DNA of 57,632 nt from positions 1-57,632 of the forward strand of contig JBCCLR010000002.1 of assembly GCA_039026755.1 (NCBI GenBank), given 5' to 3'. The notes under the pieces were generated by a model that was given only the letters and a program-made list of their open reading frames with translations, was not told the origin of the DNA and did no database searches. The translations under genes and the position numbers were made by a program. This DNA is from Pseudomonadota bacterium (GTDB lineage Bacteria > Pseudomonadota > Alphaproteobacteria > Sphingomonadales > CAKZYD01). Positions 56,201 to 57,632 of the stretch are shown here, one piece after another (within the stretch, counting starts at the first letter, position 1; each line of letters begins with the position of its first letter).

Positions 56201-57632
56201 GGTCAGTGACGTTATAGACCATGACGCCGCCGGTCCGCTCAAGACCGATAAAAGCGTAGGTCTCGCCATCGATTTCGCCCACGGTGACGCCCTCAGGCTC
56301 AATGCCTTTCGCATCCGAACGCGCATCAAAACTGTCGCCTTCTTCATCATCATTGGCGTTAAACAACTCAGGAATTTGTTCCGCAACAATCCGGGCGAAG
56401 TCATCGCCTGAATCGAAAACTAAATTGCCTTTATCATCCCAGATCGAAAAGGATCGTGCGCCGTAGACAAACAGCTGATCATAATCACCATCGCCGTCCA
56501 AATCACCGTCGATGGTCGACACCTCCAAGCGGCCAAGCACTTCATCCTGTTGCAGTGCGTCAGCGTTCGGAAAGGCATCTGGATCGAGGTCTAAGTCGGC
56601 AACGCGTTCGTCTTCGCTGCGCGCATCCCCTTCATTACCGGTGATGAAGTAGGTTTGGCCTTCGCTTTCATAGGCAGCAATGCCATCGGGCATATACATG
56701 CCGAAGACCGGGTAGTTTTGCAGATTGATTGCGCCGTCCCGGTCGCTGGCATCAAGCAAATTACCATCGTCAAAGTCAATCAGACCAAGCACTACAGGCA
56801 GCGTTTCATCCGTTAAGCCAACGGTGCCCGCATCGGTATCAATATCGCCAGTAAGCGAGAAATCATTGTCGTTGATGACAGCAAGCCGGCCATCGGGCAG
56901 CAATGTCAGACCCTCTGGTTTATCTCCAGCGAGATATCCGATGGACGGCAAGTTGAGGACTTTGATTTTATTGACCGCATCAATGCCTAAATCGGACAGC
57001 TCATCAGCGCTCAGGCTTTCAAGAGTGCGGCCTTCCGGCAAAGCTGGTGCGTCGTCAGCCAGCAAGTTGGTGGCGTGGGTGATGTCGATCTCAAAGATGA
57101 ATTTCTTGCCCGTTGGATCAACCGAGCTGTCGCGTTCAATGACTTGGAATGTGCCATCGCCAGTGAAGACGGCATCGCCAATCTTATCGACTTTGGAGTG
57201 GGCAATATCAGAGCCCTCCAGCAGGTACACATATTCAGACACCGGCTCGCCTGAGTCCATGTCGATACCGAGAATGCGAATAACATCCGAATTGTCAGAC
57301 GTTGCCCGGTCTGGGTTGGCCAGCGGCGTTTGGATGAACGCGTAGACAATGCCAGCTTCCTCATCGAGCGCCACCGCTTCAAAGCCACGGTTGGCGCGGC
57401 GCTCTGCATACTCTTCAGGCAGGCTTTCTGTGCCAAAGGTATTTGCTGGCATCCCCACGTCTGCCGCTGTTCCTTCTGCAATGAAGCGATTGATCAGAAC
57501 GCCGTCGGAATTAAAATGATAGATCGCCGGGCGATATTCATCGACGGTCCAGAAGCTACCATCTTGTTCAAAGACGATGCCTTCCATGTCTGCGCCGAAC
57601 GGATCGAGCTCTAGCGGATTACCGTTTAGATC
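53217..57632 (-). CDS. Giant secreted RTX protein with three parts: a phytase-like/beta-propeller phosphatase-like region, a metallophosphatase/5'-nucleotidase region, and C-terminal RTX repeats. The N-terminus lies outside the window.
   Basis: The frame is open to the window edge. The propeller-type segment is [10 protein letters not shown]...GIEPEGV...[11 protein letters not shown]...APEGLAF. The UshA-like motifs are [20 protein letters not shown] and VGNHEFDLG. About 13 GGxGxD nonapeptide repeats follow. Confidence 0.85.
   Translation of the reverse strand, partial: [1471 protein letters not shown]
53436..53822 (-). repeat. RTX Ca2+-binding nonapeptide repeat block (coding repeat within the giant protein)
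   Basis: [53 protein letters not shown]... It is followed by a ~72-aa non-repeat C-terminus, typical of a T1SS signal region. Confidence 0.9.

Overview
This window looks like chromosomal DNA from an aerobic anoxygenic phototrophic alphaproteobacterium. The basis is 5-aminolevulinate synthase plus an AcsF-type cyclase at the end of a photosynthesis gene cluster; the exact lineage cannot be determined from the sequence. There are three blocks. (1) 1-9900: the right end of the photosynthesis gene cluster, bchH(3' part)-bchL-bchM-lhaA-puhA-puhB-puhC-small ORF-acsF-puhE-hemA, all on the + strand and mostly joined by 1-4 nt start/stop overlaps. (2) 10.1-29.1 kb: a mixed accessory stretch. It holds an atypical alpha/beta-fold protein, a COG3046 cryptochrome/photolyase-like gene, a PEGA-like lipoprotein, a large Rieske oxygenase with two adjacent acyl-CoA dehydrogenases, a CelD-like GNAT, a TonB-dependent receptor with a poly-Glu insertion, and a foxIRAB-like locus (ECF sigma, anti-sigma, transducer, PepSY reductase-like). 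(3) 29.4-57.6 kb: a nucleoside/nucleotide/organophosphate scavenging region. Its genes are nucleoside hydrolase, NupC, two LacI regulators, a PfkB kinase, a HAD phosphatase, two metallophosphoesterases, a TrpF-like protein, adenosine/adenine deaminase, a frameshifted TonB receptor, an OprO/P-like porin, a Usp protein and HIU hydrolase. It continues with a second ECF sigma/anti-sigma/transducer set, a type I secretion ABC/MFP pair, and a >1470-aa RTX protein that fuses beta-propeller phosphatase-like and 5'-nucleotidase domains and runs off the window. Two signals stand out. First, a perfect 12-bp palindrome, TTAAACGTTTAA, occurs five times and only in promoter regions of block 3; near-copies also occur, which defines a LacI-type regulon. 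Second, the transducer/ECF/T1SS/RTX-enzyme genes are arranged like a Has hemophore system, and a Pho-box-like repeat sits in the divergent promoter. No rRNA, tRNA, CRISPR, transposase or integrase was found. All functional calls come from motif recognition by eye, not database searches.
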